Assembly (NCBI GenBank): GCA_009859145.1
Contig: VRVR01000011.1
Location: 12,097 to 76,096, forward strand
Reading direction: 5' to 3'
Source: Andalucia godoyi And28
Taxonomy: Eukaryota > Protista > Jakobida
Length of the DNA: 64,000 bases
The notes under the pieces: generated by a model
Told to the model about the DNA's origin: nothing
Databases searched by the model: none
Seen by the model: only the letters and a program-made list of their open reading frames with translations
Made by a program: the position numbers and the translations under genes
Shown: one piece after another, positions 64,000 through 64,000 of the stretch
Layout: every line of letters starts with the position of its first letter
Position numbering within the stretch: position 1 is the first letter of the stretch

Positions 64000-64000
64000 A

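Noticed and set aside
1-64000. tRNA, rRNA, snRNA genes and CRISPR arrays
   Set aside because: None recognised by eye; tRNAscan-SE and Infernal would be needed to exclude them.

Overview
Gene-dense, intron-poor eukaryotic DNA, probably from a flagellated protist (IFT25, CenH3, Rab11, SRF; T/A-rich and microsatellite-rich spacers). The species cannot be named from sequence alone. From about 19.5 to 64 kb the window is mostly single-exon housekeeping genes: RPS2, a GCFC-domain protein, OGDH E1, a Sec24-like protein, IFT25, a tandem GTP cyclohydrolase II-like protein, OGT, a Gfo/Idh/MocA oxidoreductase, a phospholipase B-like protein, Rab11, CenH3, SRF, AOAH, NVL and TMEM184. The first 19 kb looks accessory: a decayed MOV10/SDE3-type helicase, a three-gene cassette centred on a probable TULIP/P47-like protein, a cluster of Fanzor remnants, and a four-gene glycan-modification cluster. 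The strongest unexpected signal is a set of four (possibly five) short, non-autonomous Fanzor2/TnpB-derived elements in two sequence families (9.8-10.1 and 43.3-43.7 kb; 12.3-12.7 and 55.7-56.3 kb). They have lost most of the nuclease ORF but keep a structured right end with GNRA/UUCG tetraloop hairpins, a candidate pseudoknot and a shared ...TGYAGGCG terminus, each followed by a different flank. This is the layout of an omegaRNA scaffold plus a variable guide. All family assignments come from motif recognition by eye; no database search or folding program was run.
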